Shown: piece by piece, positions 53,306 through 63,558 of the stretch
Layout: each line of letters starts with the position of its first letter
Position numbering within the stretch: position 1 is the first letter of the stretch
Assembly (NCBI GenBank): GCA_004298385.1
Contig: SCTX01000133.1
Span: forward strand, 3,672 to 67,671
Reading direction: 5' to 3'
Length of the DNA: 64,000 nucleotides
DNA from: Betaproteobacteria bacterium
GTDB lineage: Bacteria; Pseudomonadota; Gammaproteobacteria; Burkholderiales; SG8-39
Position numbers and translations under genes: made by a program
The notes under the pieces: generated by a model
What the model was told of the DNA's origin: nothing
The model's database searches: none
Seen by the model: only the letters and a program-made list of their open reading frames with translations

Positions 53306-53524
53306 ATGTCGAAAGAAGACGTAATCGAGATGCAGGGGGAGGTAGTTGAGAACCTCCCGAATGCGACCTTCAGGGTGAAGCTGGAAAATGGCCACATCGT
53401 GTTGGGACATATCTCGGGCAAGATGCGCATGCATTACATCCGCATTCTGCCGGGTGACAAGGTGACGGTGGAATTGACGCCGTATGATTTGACCAGAGCG
53501 CGGATCGTTTTCCGCGCGAAGTAG
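53306..53524 (+). CDS. infA: Translation initiation factor IF-1
   Basis: 72 aa from the internal ATG at 53306 ([13 protein letters not shown]...). The S1-like IF-1 sequence is conserved. Confidence 0.96.
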   Translation: MSKEDVIEMQGEVVENLPNATFRVKLENGHIVLGHISGKMRMHYIRILPGDKVTVELTPYDLTRARIVFRAK

Positions 53525-53525
53525 C

Positions 53526-53555
53526 CCTGGTGCGCGTGTAAGCGCGCGCACCGGG
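53526..53555 (+). other. Stem-loop between infA and rpmJ
   Basis: CCTGGTGCGCG pairs with CGCGCACCGGG (11 bp including one G-U) around an 8-nt loop. There is no T-run. The rpmJ RBS follows directly. Confidence 0.3.
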
Positions 53556-53572
53556 AGGAGCAGGAGAGGACT

Positions 53573-53686
53573 ATGAAAGTACAGGCATCGGTGAAAAAGA
53601 TGTGCCGCAATTGCAAGGTCATTCGCAGGAAGGGCGTGGTGCGCGTTATTTGCACCAACTCGCGGCATAAACAGCGTCAAGGCTAA
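53573..53686 (+). CDS. rpmJ: 50S ribosomal protein L36
   Basis: This 37-aa ORF is not in the supplied track because it is too short. It reads [37 protein letters not shown] and is preceded by GGAGAGGA. Confidence 0.95.
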   Translation: MKVQASVKKMCRNCKVIRRKGVVRVICTNSRHKQRQG

Positions 53687-53748
53687 AGGCTGGCAAAGAA
53701 AATGAGATCAAGTTACAATTATCAGTTTCGCATTCTTGGGGTGAACTA

Positions 53749-54129
53749 ATGGCCCGTATCGCAGGCGTCAACATTCCAAACCACCAACACGCGGAGATTG
53801 CGCTGACTGCGATTTTCGGCATCGGGCGGGCGCGCGCGCAGGCCATCTGCGTTGCCGCAAAGGTCGGAACCTCGACCAAAGTCAAGGACCTGTCGGATTC
53901 CGACATGGAACGCTTGCGCGAAGAGGTGGCCAGACTCACGGTCGAGGGCGACCTACGTCGAGAAGTGTCGATGTCGATCAAGCGCCTGATGGATCTGGGC
54001 TGCTATCGTGGCTCGCGCCACCGCAAGGGCCTGCCCGTGCGCGGGCAGCGCACGCGCACCAATGCGCGCACGCGCAAGGGTCCGCGCAAGGCCGCGATCA
54101 AGATGAAATCCGCGGCGACCAAGACTTAA
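53749..54129 (+). CDS. rpsM: 30S ribosomal protein S13
   Basis: 126 aa with the [11 protein letters not shown]-terminus. Confidence 0.97.
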   Translation: MARIAGVNIPNHQHAEIALTAIFGIGRARAQAICVAAKVGTSTKVKDLSDSDMERLREEVARLTVEGDLRREVSMSIKRLMDLGCYRGSRHRKGLPVRGQRTRTNARTRKGPRKAAIKMKSAATKT

Positions 54130-54164
54130 ACCCCGGATCAACGGATACGTAGAGGAAAGCATAA

Positions 54165-54575
54165 ATGGCCAAACCCACGAGCACGAGCGCCACGGCATCG
54201 GCGCGCGTACGCAAGAAAGTGAAGAAGAACGTCGCCGAAGGCATCGCGCATATCCACGCGTCGTTCAACAACACGATCATCACCATCACCGACCGTCAGG
54301 GCAACGCGCTGTCGTGGGCGACTTCCGGCGCCGCCGGCTTCAAGGGTTCACGCAAGAGCACGCCTTTCGCCGCCCAGATTGCGGCCGAGCAGGCCGGCAA
54401 GGCGGCGCAGGAATGCGGCGTGAAGAACGTTGAGGTCCGCATCAAAGGCCCGGGGCCGGGACGCGAGTCCGCGGTGCGCGCCTTGAACGCCCTCGGACTT
54501 AAGATCACCAGCATCAGCGACGTGACGCCGGTGCCGCACAATGGCTGCCGCCCGCCCAAGCGCCGGCGCATCTAA
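54165..54575 (+). CDS. rpsK: 30S ribosomal protein S11
   Basis: 136 aa with the [18 protein letters not shown] motif. Confidence 0.97.
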   Translation: MAKPTSTSATASARVRKKVKKNVAEGIAHIHASFNNTIITITDRQGNALSWATSGAAGFKGSRKSTPFAAQIAAEQAGKAAQECGVKNVEVRIKGPGPGRESAVRALNALGLKITSISDVTPVPHNGCRPPKRRRI

Positions 54576-54587
54576 GGAGACTGGAAC

Positions 54588-55217
54588 GTGGCCCGCAACC
54601 TAGATCCCAAATGCCGCCAGTGCCGCCGCGAGGGCGAGAAACTGTTCCTCAAAGGCGAGAAGTGCTTTACCGACAAATGCGCCGTCGAGCGCCGCGCCTA
54701 TGCGCCCGGCCAGCACGGCCAGAAGAGCGGGCAGCGCCTGTCCGACTACGGCAAGCAACTGCGGGAGAAACAGAAAATCCGCCGCATCTACGGCATTCTC
54801 GAGCGCCAGTTCCGCGGCATCTATGCGGTGGCCGCGCGCCAGAAGGGCATCACCGGCGAGAGCCTGCTGCAGTTGCTTGAATCGCGCCTGGACACGGTGT
54901 GTTTCCGCATGGGCTTCGGCGCCTCGCGCAACGAGGCGCGCCAGGTCGTGCGCCATAACAGCATCACGGTAAACGGCAAACGCGTCAACATTCCTTCCTA
55001 CCAGGTGCGCGCCGGCGACATCATCGAGGTGGCGGAAAAGGCCAAGAACCAGTTGCGCATCAAGGGAGCGTCCACGGCCGCAGCCTCGCGCGGGATCCCC
55101 GAGTGGCTGCAAGTGGATACCACGGCGTTGAAAGGCACGTTCAAGGCCAAACCGCAGCGCACCGAGCTGCCTTCGACCATCAACGAGAGCCTCGTCGTCG
55201 AACTGTACTCGAAGTAA
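54588..55217 (+). CDS. rpsD: 30S ribosomal protein S4
   Basis: 209 aa. It has a GTG start after AAGGAGA and the N-terminus [16 protein letters not shown]. Confidence 0.96.
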   Translation: MARNLDPKCRQCRREGEKLFLKGEKCFTDKCAVERRAYAPGQHGQKSGQRLSDYGKQLREKQKIRRIYGILERQFRGIYAVAARQKGITGESLLQLLESRLDTVCFRMGFGASRNEARQVVRHNSITVNGKRVNIPSYQVRAGDIIEVAEKAKNQLRIKGASTAAASRGIPEWLQVDTTALKGTFKAKPQRTELPSTINESLVVELYSK

Positions 55218-55244
55218 TTGTCAAAGCTTCCCAGAGGAACCTCC

Positions 55245-56228
55245 ATGCAAAGCAGTGGATTTCTGAAACCGCGTATCATCGACGTGCAGAGCATCGCTCC
55301 CAATCATGCCAAAGTGGTGATGGAGCCGTTCGAGCGGGGCTACGGCCACACGCTGGGCAACGCGCTGCGGCGCGTGTTGCTGTCCTCGATGCCCGGATTT
55401 GCCCCGACCGAGGTGCAGATCTCGGGCGTGCTGCACGAATATTCGACCATCGACGGCGTGCAGGAGGACGTGGTCGACATCCTGCTCAACCTGAAGGGCG
55501 TGGTGCTGAAAATGCACAACCGCACCGAAGCCCTGCTGACGCTGAAGAAGAAAGGCGAGGGCGCGGTGACCGCCGCCGACATCGAGGTTTCGCACGACGT
55601 CGAAATCATCAATCCCGAGCACGTCATCGCCCATCTGTCGCCCGGCGGCAAGCTGGAAATGCAGATCAAGGTCGAGCGCGGCCGCGGCTACGAACCCGGC
55701 AACATGCGCGCGGCCCCGGAAGAGACCAAGGGCATAGGCAAGATCATCCTCGACGCCTCGTTTTCGCCGGTGCGCCGCGTCAGCTACGCGGTCGAGTCGG
55801 CGCGGGTGGAACAGCGCACCGACCTGGACAAGCTGATCATGGATATCGAAACCAATGGCGTGGTCGAGCCGGAAGAGGCGATCCGCTACGCCGCGCGCGT
55901 CCTGGTGGACCAGTTGTCGGTGTTCGCCGCGCTCGAAGGCACGCCGATCGCCAGCGAGCCGGTCAAGGCGCCGCAGGTCGATCCGATCCTGCTGCGCCCG
56001 GTGGACGATCTGGAACTCACGGTGCGCTCGGCGAATTGCCTGAAGGCCGAAAATATCTATTACATCGGCGATCTGATTCAGCGCACCGAGACCGAGCTGT
56101 TGAAGACGCCGAACCTGGGCCGCAAGTCGTTGAACGAGATCAAGGAAGTGCTGGCTTCGCGCGGCCTGACCCTGGGCATGAAGCTGGAGAACTGGCCACC
56201 CGCGGGGCTGGAAATCGCTCGCGTCTGA
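55245..56228 (+). CDS. rpoA: DNA-directed RNA polymerase subunit alpha
   Basis: 327 aa from ATG 55245 (after AGAGGA). It shows a conserved NTD and CTD ([12 protein letters not shown]). Confidence 0.97.
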   Translation: MQSSGFLKPRIIDVQSIAPNHAKVVMEPFERGYGHTLGNALRRVLLSSMPGFAPTEVQISGVLHEYSTIDGVQEDVVDILLNLKGVVLKMHNRTEALLTLKKKGEGAVTAADIEVSHDVEIINPEHVIAHLSPGGKLEMQIKVERGRGYEPGNMRAAPEETKGIGKIILDASFSPVRRVSYAVESARVEQRTDLDKLIMDIETNGVVEPEEAIRYAARVLVDQLSVFAALEGTPIASEPVKAPQVDPILLRPVDDLELTVRSANCLKAENIYYIGDLIQRTETELLKTPNLGRKSLNEIKEVLASRGLTLGMKLENWPPAGLEIARV

Positions 56229-56305
56229 GCGCGGGTCGCGCGTGGACGTTTCACGGTCAAGCAACATCGCCCTCGGAACGAGGACCGAACAGAAGAGGCA
56301 AGAAC

Positions 56306-56704
56306 ATGCGTCACCGCTTAGGACTGAGAAAGCTCAACCGCACCAGCAGCCATCGCCTGGCGATGCTGCGAAACATGACCAATTCGCTGCTGAAGCACGA
56401 GGTCATCACGACCACGCTGCCCAAGGCGAAAGAGTTGCGCCGAGTGGTCGAACCGATGATCACGCTGGGCAAGATCGCCACCGTCGCCAACCGCCGGTTG
56501 GCGTTCAACCGCCTGCGCGACCGCGACATAGTCTCCAAGCTGTTCAACGAACTCGGTCCGCGTTACGCCAAGAGGAACGGCGGCTACCTGCGCATTCTCA
56601 GGCACGGCTTCCGCCAGGGCGACAACGCGCCGATGGCCCTGGTCGAGCTGATCGATCGTCCCGAGCCTGCGGAAGGGACTGCCGCGGCGGAAGCTAAGTC
56701 CTAA
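56306..56704 (+). CDS. rplQ: 50S ribosomal protein L17
   Basis: 132 aa, [17 protein letters not shown]. It occupies only the 3' part of the long shadow ORF 55103-56704. Confidence 0.97.
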   Translation: MRHRLGLRKLNRTSSHRLAMLRNMTNSLLKHEVITTTLPKAKELRRVVEPMITLGKIATVANRRLAFNRLRDRDIVSKLFNELGPRYAKRNGGYLRILRHGFRQGDNAPMALVELIDRPEPAEGTAAAEAKS

Positions 56705-56723
56705 AAGAGGCATGGTTGCCATG

Positions 56724-56753
56724 AAAAAGCCGGTCAGCGCGCCGGCTTTTTTG
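56724..56753 (+). terminator. Rho-independent terminator of the alpha operon
   Basis: AAAAAGCCGG-loop-CCGGCTTTTTTGTTT forms a GC stem flanked by an A-tract and a T-run, 20 nt after the rplQ stop. Confidence 0.75.
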
Positions 56754-56775
56754 TTTCCGGGGCTACAATGCTGTC

Positions 56776-57507
56776 ATGGCGATAGTCCTGTTCACAGATT
56801 TCGGTTCCGGCGACCTCTATGTCGGCCAGATGAAGGCGGTGCTGCAGCGGCTCGCGCCGCCCATTGCGGTGGTCGATTTGCTGCATGACGCGCCCGCATT
56901 CAACGTGCGCGCGAGTGCGCACCTGCTCGCAGCCATGGTCGGCTGCTTTGGCGAGGACAGCGTGTTCCTGACCGTGGTCGATCCCGGCGTCGGCGGGGCG
57001 CGCGACGCCGTCGTGGTGCAAGCCGACGGGCGCTGGTACGTGGGGCCCGACAACGGGCTGCTTTCGGTGGTCGGCGCGCGCGCGGCGAAGGGTGATTGCT
57101 GGCGCGTCGTCTGGCAGCCGGATGATCTGTCGGCCTCGTTCCACGGACGCGACCTGTTTGCCCCGGTGGCCGCGACGCTGGCCGTTCAGGGCGGGTTGCC
57201 CAAGGCCTGGTTCGAGCACACCGGCCGACTCAACGTTGACTTCGGCGGCGACGACCTGCCCGAGATCATTTACGTCGACCATTACGGTAACGCCCATATC
57301 GGTATTCGAGCGCGCGGGATCCCGCGCGAAGCGCTGCTTGCGGCGGGCGCGCACCGCTTAAGCTATGCGCGGGTCTATTCGGATGTGACCGAAGGCGAGG
57401 CGTTCTGGTACGAAAACAGCCAGGGCCTGGTTGAAATCGCGGTCAACCGCGGCGATGCAGCGCAGTTGCTGGATTTGAAAATCGGCGACGCGGTGGTTTG
57501 GGCGTGA
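56776..57507 (+). CDS. S-adenosyl-L-methionine hydroxide adenosyltransferase family protein (DUF62)
   Basis: 243 aa with the family's typical N-terminal motif LFTDFGSGDLYVGQMKAVL. Confidence 0.8.
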   Translation: MAIVLFTDFGSGDLYVGQMKAVLQRLAPPIAVVDLLHDAPAFNVRASAHLLAAMVGCFGEDSVFLTVVDPGVGGARDAVVVQADGRWYVGPDNGLLSVVGARAAKGDCWRVVWQPDDLSASFHGRDLFAPVAATLAVQGGLPKAWFEHTGRLNVDFGGDDLPEIIYVDHYGNAHIGIRARGIPREALLAAGAHRLSYARVYSDVTEGEAFWYENSQGLVEIAVNRGDAAQLLDLKIGDAVVWA

Positions 57508-57576
57508 TCATCCGCCAGGTGCGAACTAAACCCGCACCGGCTGGATCGCCACGACGCCAATACCAGCGCCGTGCGC

Positions 57577-57972
57577 CTAGCTTTTCCCCGGTGGCGGTAA
57601 CCGCGCGGCCATGCACTTGCGGTGTTCGGCGCGCGTGGTCTTGTCTTTGCATGCTTCCAGCGCGCTGGTGTGAGTCTCGCAGCGCTCCTTGTTGCGCGCC
57701 TTGCCGCAGTCGCGCGGCTGGGGTGGAGCGAACTTCGCCGTCGGCGCCGGTTGATGCATGCACTCGCGCCACTCGTCGCCGGTCTTGTCCTTGCACGCTC
57801 GGATATCTTTATTGAGGGATTCACAACGCGCCTTGTCCTTCGCCTTGGCGCAGTCCATGGGATGAGCGCGCGGGGCTTTCCCCGGACCCTCCCCGGTCGG
57901 CATGGCGGCAGCGGCGGTGGCAAGAGTCGCGGCGGTGACGGCGGCGAGCAACACTGAGATAGAGGGTTTCAT
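57577..57972 (-). CDS. Secreted Cys-rich tandem-repeat protein (function unknown)
   Basis: 131 aa. It has a signal peptide (MKPSISVLLAAVTAATLATAAAA) and two ~40-aa repeats DC(A/G)KA..K.RCE...ACKDKT...CM, each with four Cys. Confidence 0.65.
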   Translation of the reverse strand: MKPSISVLLAAVTAATLATAAAAMPTGEGPGKAPRAHPMDCAKAKDKARCESLNKDIRACKDKTGDEWRECMHQPAPTAKFAPPQPRDCGKARNKERCETHTSALEACKDKTTRAEHRKCMAARLPPPGKS

Positions 57973-58148
57973 CGGCGTTTCCTTCCACAGACAGCGAGAA
58001 TGCAGCGCATTCAGGTGTGTGCATTCCCTCTGCGAATCGGATCAGGGACCAGGCTCAATCTACGCTCGCGCCCCCGCACCGGTTTGATTTTGGTCAAATT
58101 TCAGCCGACTTCTGCGCTGCCGCTCGTGCGGCCTGTCCGAGCGCCCTA

Positions 58149-59420
58149 TTACAGCACGAGGATCACCCTAAAATCATTGACATTGGTCCGGGTTGGACCG
58201 GTCACCACCAAGTCGTTCAAACCCTCGAAAAAGCCGTAACTGTCGTTGTCGGCGAGCAGTTTCTTGGCTGAGGCGCCGGCCGCAGCGGCGCGCGCGAGTG
58301 AGTCCGGCGCAAGCACCGCGCCGGCGTTGTCCTCGGAGCCGTCTATGCCGTCCGTATCGCAGGCGAGGGCGTGGATTTTGGGCACGCCGTCCAGTTCCAG
58401 CGCGAGCGATAGCAGGAACTCGGAGCAGCGCCCGCCGCGGCCATTGCCGCGCACGGTGACCGAGCATTCGCCGCCGGAAATCAGCGCCAGCGGCGGCTTG
58501 AATGGCTCGCCATGGCGGCGGATCTGGCGCGCCAGCGCGGCGTAGACTTTGGCGACTTCGCTCGCTTCGCCGGTGACGCTGTCGCCCAGCACCACCGGGG
58601 CGATGCCCTTGGCGCGGAAATAGGCTGCCGCCGCCTGCAGCGAGCTTTGCGCCGTGGCGACGATACGGTTCTCCACGCGTTTGAACAGTTTGTCGCCGGG
58701 CTTGGGCGTCTCGGCGATTTCGCCGCGCGCGCCGCGCTCGAGATGCGCCACCACCGACGCCGGCGCCTTGACGCCATGGCGAGCGATGATGTCCAGAGCA
58801 TCCCGGTAGGTGCTCGGGTCGGGTGCGCATGGGCCGGAGCCGATATGGGTGGGGTCGTCGCCGCTCACGTCGGAAACAATCAGCGCCAGCACCCGCGCTT
58901 TGCATGCCGCGGCAAGCCTGCCGCCCTGGATGCCGGACAGGTGCTTGCGCACCGTGTTCATGTCCTGAATCGGAGCGCCGCAGCGCAGCAGTTCTTTCGT
59001 CGCCGCCTTGAGTTCGTCCATGCCGATGCCCTCGGCGGGCAGGCCGAGCAAGCTCGATCCGCCGCCCGATACCAGCGCGAGCAGCAGATCGTTCGGACCC
59101 AGGGTGTACGCGCGGCGCAGGATTTCCCGCGCTGCTTTTTCGCCGCTTTCGTCGGGAACCGGATGGCCCGCCTCTATGACTTTGATTCTATTTGTCAGAA
59201 GGCCGTGTCCGTAGCGCGTGATCACGAGGCCGGCTAAGGGCGCGGCGGACGGCCAGTGCTGCTCGACCGCGAGCGCCATGGCGGCGGCGGCTTTGCCCGC
59301 GCCGACCACCAGCGTCTTACCCGTCGGAGGCTGCGGCAAATGCGGCGGCAGAATCTTCTGTGGTTCGGCGGCGCCGACCGCGGCGTGGAAACTTTCGATG
59401 AGCAGCGTGCGCGGATCCAT
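58149..59420 (-). CDS. Glycerate 2-kinase / hydroxypyruvate reductase-like protein (MOFRL family)
   Basis: It shows DUF4147 plus MOFRL-type sequence (VVGAGKAAAAMA, LISGGE, DTDGIDG). I prefer the internal ATG at 59420 (MDPRTLL) over 59459. Confidence 0.8.
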   Translation of the reverse strand: MDPRTLLIESFHAAVGAAEPQKILPPHLPQPPTGKTLVVGAGKAAAAMALAVEQHWPSAAPLAGLVITRYGHGLLTNRIKVIEAGHPVPDESGEKAAREILRRAYTLGPNDLLLALVSGGGSSLLGLPAEGIGMDELKAATKELLRCGAPIQDMNTVRKHLSGIQGGRLAAACKARVLALIVSDVSGDDPTHIGSGPCAPDPSTYRDALDIIARHGVKAPASVVAHLERGARGEIAETPKPGDKLFKRVENRIVATAQSSLQAAAAYFRAKGIAPVVLGDSVTGEASEVAKVYAALARQIRRHGEPFKPPLALISGGECSVTVRGNGRGGRCSEFLLSLALELDGVPKIHALACDTDGIDGSEDNAGAVLAPDSLARAAAAGASAKKLLADNDSYGFFEGLNDLVVTGPTRTNVNDFRVILVL

Positions 59421-59526
59421 GGCCGGCCAAAGATAGCAGCATTTGACCGCATTCGCCACGCGGATGCGGTAGCGTTTCCGCCTCCGTACCGAGGAGAAAT
59501 TTCAGGGCCCGGGCGCGATCAATCGG

Positions 59527-62511
59527 TCAATTAGTCAGACCTTTCGGCTTCAATTCCCGCAACTGCTCCCACAGCTCGACCGCCTGCCCTTTGGCGAGGT
59601 AGTTGCGCACATACAGGGCTACTTTTTCATCCTCGATGAAGCCCGCCGAAGATTTTGCGCCGAGGATTTTTCCCGGCAGTTGCGGCCGGGCTATGACATA
59701 ACCCTGCACATAATCGACCCCTACCTCCGCCAGCGCCTCGATAGTGGCCAGGTCTTCCACCCATTCCGCCACGCTTTTCATGCCTAGGTTTCGCGCGAGT
59801 TCCACGATCGCCTCGACGATGGCCAGGTTCGCAGGATGCGTATTTACGCCCAGAATGAAGTTGCCGTCGATTTTCAGCGTATCCGCGCGCAGCTCCTTGA
59901 GATAAGAAAAAGACGTGTATCCGGCGCCAAAATCGTCGAGCGCCACCTTGGCGCCGAAATCCCTCGCCTTGTCGATGAAGCGCCGCGTGTTGTCCAAGTC
60001 GTGCAGCGCCACGCTTTCCGTAATCTCGATGCACAGTTTGCCCGCGGCGCGCCCGTGCCGCGCCAGCATCGAGAATGCATCCTGAATGAAGCGCTCGTCA
60101 TTTAGCGACGCTCCGCTCAGGTTCATGCACGCGAACCGTGTCCGGTCGAGATCGTCGTAATGCTGATCGAGCCACTCCAGGGTATTGGACATGACCCATC
60201 GATCGATCACCGCGCTGCGCCCGTTGTTCTCCCCCGCGGAAATTATTTTTCCGGCCGAGGTGACGGTGCCGTCCACATCGCGCATCCTCAGCAGGATTTC
60301 GAAATTCAGCGAGTCATAGGGCGCGCGCAAGGACATGATGGGCTGCATCACGAGAAACAGGCCTTCAGGCACGACCCCGGTGCCGAGGCGTTCGATCAGT
60401 CGCAGTTCCTCCTGGCGCTCCTTGAATGCGGACTCACTCTTCTCGTACACGACCAGATTGGCGCCCTTCTTGGCTTCGCGGCAGGCGCGGTCCGCCGCCG
60501 ATATCGCGTCTTTCACGTTGGTGCCGGCGCCGACCTCGACCAATCCGATCGAGCCTTTGACCTGGAACGCCTTGTCGCCGATCTGATAGGGGCTGGATCC
60601 GATCCAGTTGACGATGCCGCGGCAGATCGCGGTCGCCGTGCGAACCGGCGTTTTCCTGAACACGATGACGAACTCGTCGCCTCCGACCCGCCCGACGGCG
60701 TGGCCATCGGTCAGCATAGCGCGCACGCGGCCGCACACCTGTTTCAGCACCTCGTCCCCCGCCACGTGGCCGAACAAGTCGTTGATCAGCTTGAACCGGT
60801 CCAGGTCCAGGTAGGCCAGCGCCAGCGGCTGTCCGTTCGCGGCTTCCTGCATTGCCCCAGCGAACGCCTCCTCGACGCCATGCCGGTTCAGCACTTCTGT
60901 CAACGGATCGTTCTCCGCCAGGAAGCGCAGTCTGGCCGTCGCCTTGGAGCGTTGGGTGATGTCCTGCAGCGACCCTTCTATCTTGTCCCCGGCCGATGTC
61001 GCCTTGACCAGGAACCGTCTGGAACTGTCGTCGTCCGCGACCGAGTCGCGGATTTCCAATTCTTCGCTGGTCTTGCGCCGGATCATGTCCTGCAGCCTTT
61101 CCCATGCGCCCGGCTCGAAATGCTCGCTCCACGTCTCCTGCCCGGACTGGGACAGATCCACGCCCAGCATGTTTCGCAGCGCCGGGTTGCCGCGCAGGAA
61201 GACGCCATTTTCATCCAGGGTGAACAGTCCGATCGGGATGGCTTCGTAGGTGCTGCGCAATTCGGTTTCCGCCTTCACCCGTCCCGTGCGTTCTTGCCGC
61301 ATCTGCTCGGCGATCGCAAGCGCGGCGAGCAGAGCGGATGAAAGCGCCGCCATCACGAAATTGATAGATCCGATGAGCCCCTTGAGACCTAGCGCCGCCG
61401 CCACAACCTCGTAAAGACTTGCCAGCAGCGTCACCCCAAAGGACGCACCGTACAGCATTGCCGCACCGGAACGCGTTATGAAGATAATTCGAACCAAGAA
61501 GAATACCAAGACAACAACCGTAAAGGCCGCCGACGCCCACAGCCATAGAAGCCACCACGAGGTTGGCATCAGAATGGCCACCAGCAATAGTGGCACGCAC
61601 GACCACTGAACGATCCTGAGTAGGAACGTATAGCCTACATTTTTCAGGTCGTCGTAGAACAACCTGCTAAATAGCGTTATGGTCGTTACATAGTAGGCGA
61701 GCGGAGTCAATTTCCGCATCGGTAAGATCAATGACTCCGGAACCGTTTGTTCCAGCCATTGCGTGTCCCAACCGGCTGAGTTGGCGGCCAACCTGAGGGT
61801 TGCCATCAGCCACATGGCGAATAGGACATAAGTCCATTCACGATTAATGATGGCGGTCAGCAGCACGAACAGCGAGAGGACGATCAGACCGCCGTCGAGA
61901 AGGCCCGAATCGCGATGAAACTTTTGGGTCGACAATTCGAACTGGGACTCAGGCCACTGCACCACCGTGATGCGGCCCGGACCGGAGAATGTTGACCGGC
62001 ACAACACCGCCAAGGACTGCTGCGATTGCTGACCGTCCAGTTGAAGCACGAATCCGGTCTTCGCCCGCTTCATCCGGCCGGCCGCGGTTTCGCGGTCTGC
62101 GTTACCCAGGGAGTTCAGCTCTGCCGCATCCCAACAGCCGACGGCTAGGGCATGTCTCGACGGAAGTTCGACGTCAGTGCGCGCGTCGATATCCGGCAGT
62201 CTCACCGTGAAACCGAACCAAAACGGGGACTCGGATCGCTTGGTGTCGTGATGGTCGACTGCGGGCTGTTTCTTCAGCCGCGCCCACGCTTGTGCCGCGG
62301 TTGTCGTCTCACCAGTCTGTTCAAATACGCGGAATTCCAGAGGGCTGCTTCCGTAAGTGGCGTATTCCGCGGGCCAGGCCAGCAGCGCCACCACCGATAC
62401 CCCGACTATTATAGCCGGGACGCCGTAGACGGAAATCCGATATAACAGCGAATCCAGCGCCGTGTTGGCGCGTTTGGTCCATTCCAGCCATATTATGGGA
62501 GACCTCGGCAT
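59527..62511 (-). CDS. 7TMR-DISM sensor with PAS, GGDEF and EAL domains (c-di-GMP turnover)
   Basis: 994 aa. It has an N-terminal periplasmic domain, seven TM helices, a PAS-like segment, the GGDEF motif (RVGGDEFVIVF), and an EAL domain (EILLR..., DDFGAGYTSFSYL). Confidence 0.88.
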   Translation of the reverse strand: MPRSPIIWLEWTKRANTALDSLLYRISVYGVPAIIVGVSVVALLAWPAEYATYGSSPLEFRVFEQTGETTTAAQAWARLKKQPAVDHHDTKRSESPFWFGFTVRLPDIDARTDVELPSRHALAVGCWDAAELNSLGNADRETAAGRMKRAKTGFVLQLDGQQSQQSLAVLCRSTFSGPGRITVVQWPESQFELSTQKFHRDSGLLDGGLIVLSLFVLLTAIINREWTYVLFAMWLMATLRLAANSAGWDTQWLEQTVPESLILPMRKLTPLAYYVTTITLFSRLFYDDLKNVGYTFLLRIVQWSCVPLLLVAILMPTSWWLLWLWASAAFTVVVLVFFLVRIIFITRSGAAMLYGASFGVTLLASLYEVVAAALGLKGLIGSINFVMAALSSALLAALAIAEQMRQERTGRVKAETELRSTYEAIPIGLFTLDENGVFLRGNPALRNMLGVDLSQSGQETWSEHFEPGAWERLQDMIRRKTSEELEIRDSVADDDSSRRFLVKATSAGDKIEGSLQDITQRSKATARLRFLAENDPLTEVLNRHGVEEAFAGAMQEAANGQPLALAYLDLDRFKLINDLFGHVAGDEVLKQVCGRVRAMLTDGHAVGRVGGDEFVIVFRKTPVRTATAICRGIVNWIGSSPYQIGDKAFQVKGSIGLVEVGAGTNVKDAISAADRACREAKKGANLVVYEKSESAFKERQEELRLIERLGTGVVPEGLFLVMQPIMSLRAPYDSLNFEILLRMRDVDGTVTSAGKIISAGENNGRSAVIDRWVMSNTLEWLDQHYDDLDRTRFACMNLSGASLNDERFIQDAFSMLARHGRAAGKLCIEITESVALHDLDNTRRFIDKARDFGAKVALDDFGAGYTSFSYLKELRADTLKIDGNFILGVNTHPANLAIVEAIVELARNLGMKSVAEWVEDLATIEALAEVGVDYVQGYVIARPQLPGKILGAKSSAGFIEDEKVALYVRNYLAKGQAVELWEQLRELKPKGLTN

Positions 62512-62638
62512 CAGTTATATCTGCTGCGAACGATAGGCCTCCATAATACGCGCTTTGACGATGGCGCTCATGCGCCGCCCGAATGCCGTGCATGCAAACT
62601 TGGCGGCGGCACGCGAACCACGCATGCCGCCGCTTCGC

Positions 62639-63418
62639 TTATGCATTCATCGCCACTCTGTCGGACACTTCAGGTGCACGCGTCGCGAGGTCCCGAGGGG
62701 AGTAGGCCGCATCGCTCAAATCGAGATCTGGATGCTGCGTCCGGAAGAAGAAGCCATAAAGAGGATGGTTCGCGGCGGCCCAGCTTTCTTCCACCGTTCC
62801 GACCTCCAACGCCAGCACGCGATGCGGAATATTGTTGAAGTGGCGCATCGGTATGTATTGCCCCGGAAAGAGGTCCTGGAACAGAAGCGCTTCATACATC
62901 CGGTCCAGAGGCGGCCTCGCGCCAATCACCATCCACTCGATATTCGCTTCGATGCAATAGAAATAGAAAGCCTTGAACAGCGTTGACTTTACGAGCCTTC
63001 CGGTGCGGCCCAGATCGATACCCAGCCGGGTGGCTTCGGCCTGGCTCTTGTTCCTGAGCCATGCGGGGAGCTCGACCCCTCCCGCCTGTTCGATGGAGAG
63101 CGGATTGAAGCGATTGGTCTGGATTCGCATTGTTCCCACGGGCGACCCGTCCAATTTGGATTCCGCCAGCAAAACCACCGAGCCTTGGTCGTGGTCAAGG
63201 GGTTCGGCTGCCCCCAGCCTTTCCGCCAACGCCGGCATGTGGCGCGCATAAGCGGCCTGGCGGATGGCGACCGCTTTGTGCAGCGTTTCCTCGCTGCGGA
63301 CGACTCTTACGGTGAACGGCAGGCGCTCTTCCACCACCCGCACTTCCGGCCACATCTGCTCCATAGCACCTGCGGCGTAGGCCCCGTCCAGTACTAAGGC
63401 ATGCTCGATCGATTTCAT
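62639..63418 (-). CDS. FeeM/LuxI-fold N-acyltransferase-like protein (putative N-acyl amino acid synthase family)
   Basis: Pattern E-x-D-x-D...VLL...G-x-PVGTMRI, then AEATRLGI...LFKAFYFYC...IEWMVIGARPPLDRMYEALLF. This resembles autoinducer-synthase-fold GNATs. I prefer the ATG at 63418, 6 nt after GGGAGA, over the TTG at 63445. Confidence 0.55.
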   Translation of the reverse strand: MKSIEHALVLDGAYAAGAMEQMWPEVRVVEERLPFTVRVVRSEETLHKAVAIRQAAYARHMPALAERLGAAEPLDHDQGSVVLLAESKLDGSPVGTMRIQTNRFNPLSIEQAGGVELPAWLRNKSQAEATRLGIDLGRTGRLVKSTLFKAFYFYCIEANIEWMVIGARPPLDRMYEALLFQDLFPGQYIPMRHFNNIPHRVLALEVGTVEESWAAANHPLYGFFFRTQHPDLDLSDAAYSPRDLATRAPEVSDRVAMNA

Positions 63419-63521
63419 CTCAAATCTCCCATTAGAATAAAACAACTTGGCACCGTCGATTGCGGCAACGGTGGTGGCCCGGCAAGGCCCGTCTTTTGTG
63501 TTTCAAATGCCGGGATCATTC

Positions 63522-63558
63522 GCCTGCCAGATAGGTTTTTGCGCCGGATCTGGCAGGC
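63522..63558. promoter_or_regulatory. 11-bp perfect inverted repeat GCCTGCCAGAT-N15-ATCTGGCAGGC upstream of the acyltransferase gene
   Basis: Seen directly in the sequence. It lies about 105 nt upstream of the 63418 start in a divergent, relatively AT-rich spacer. Confidence 0.3.
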
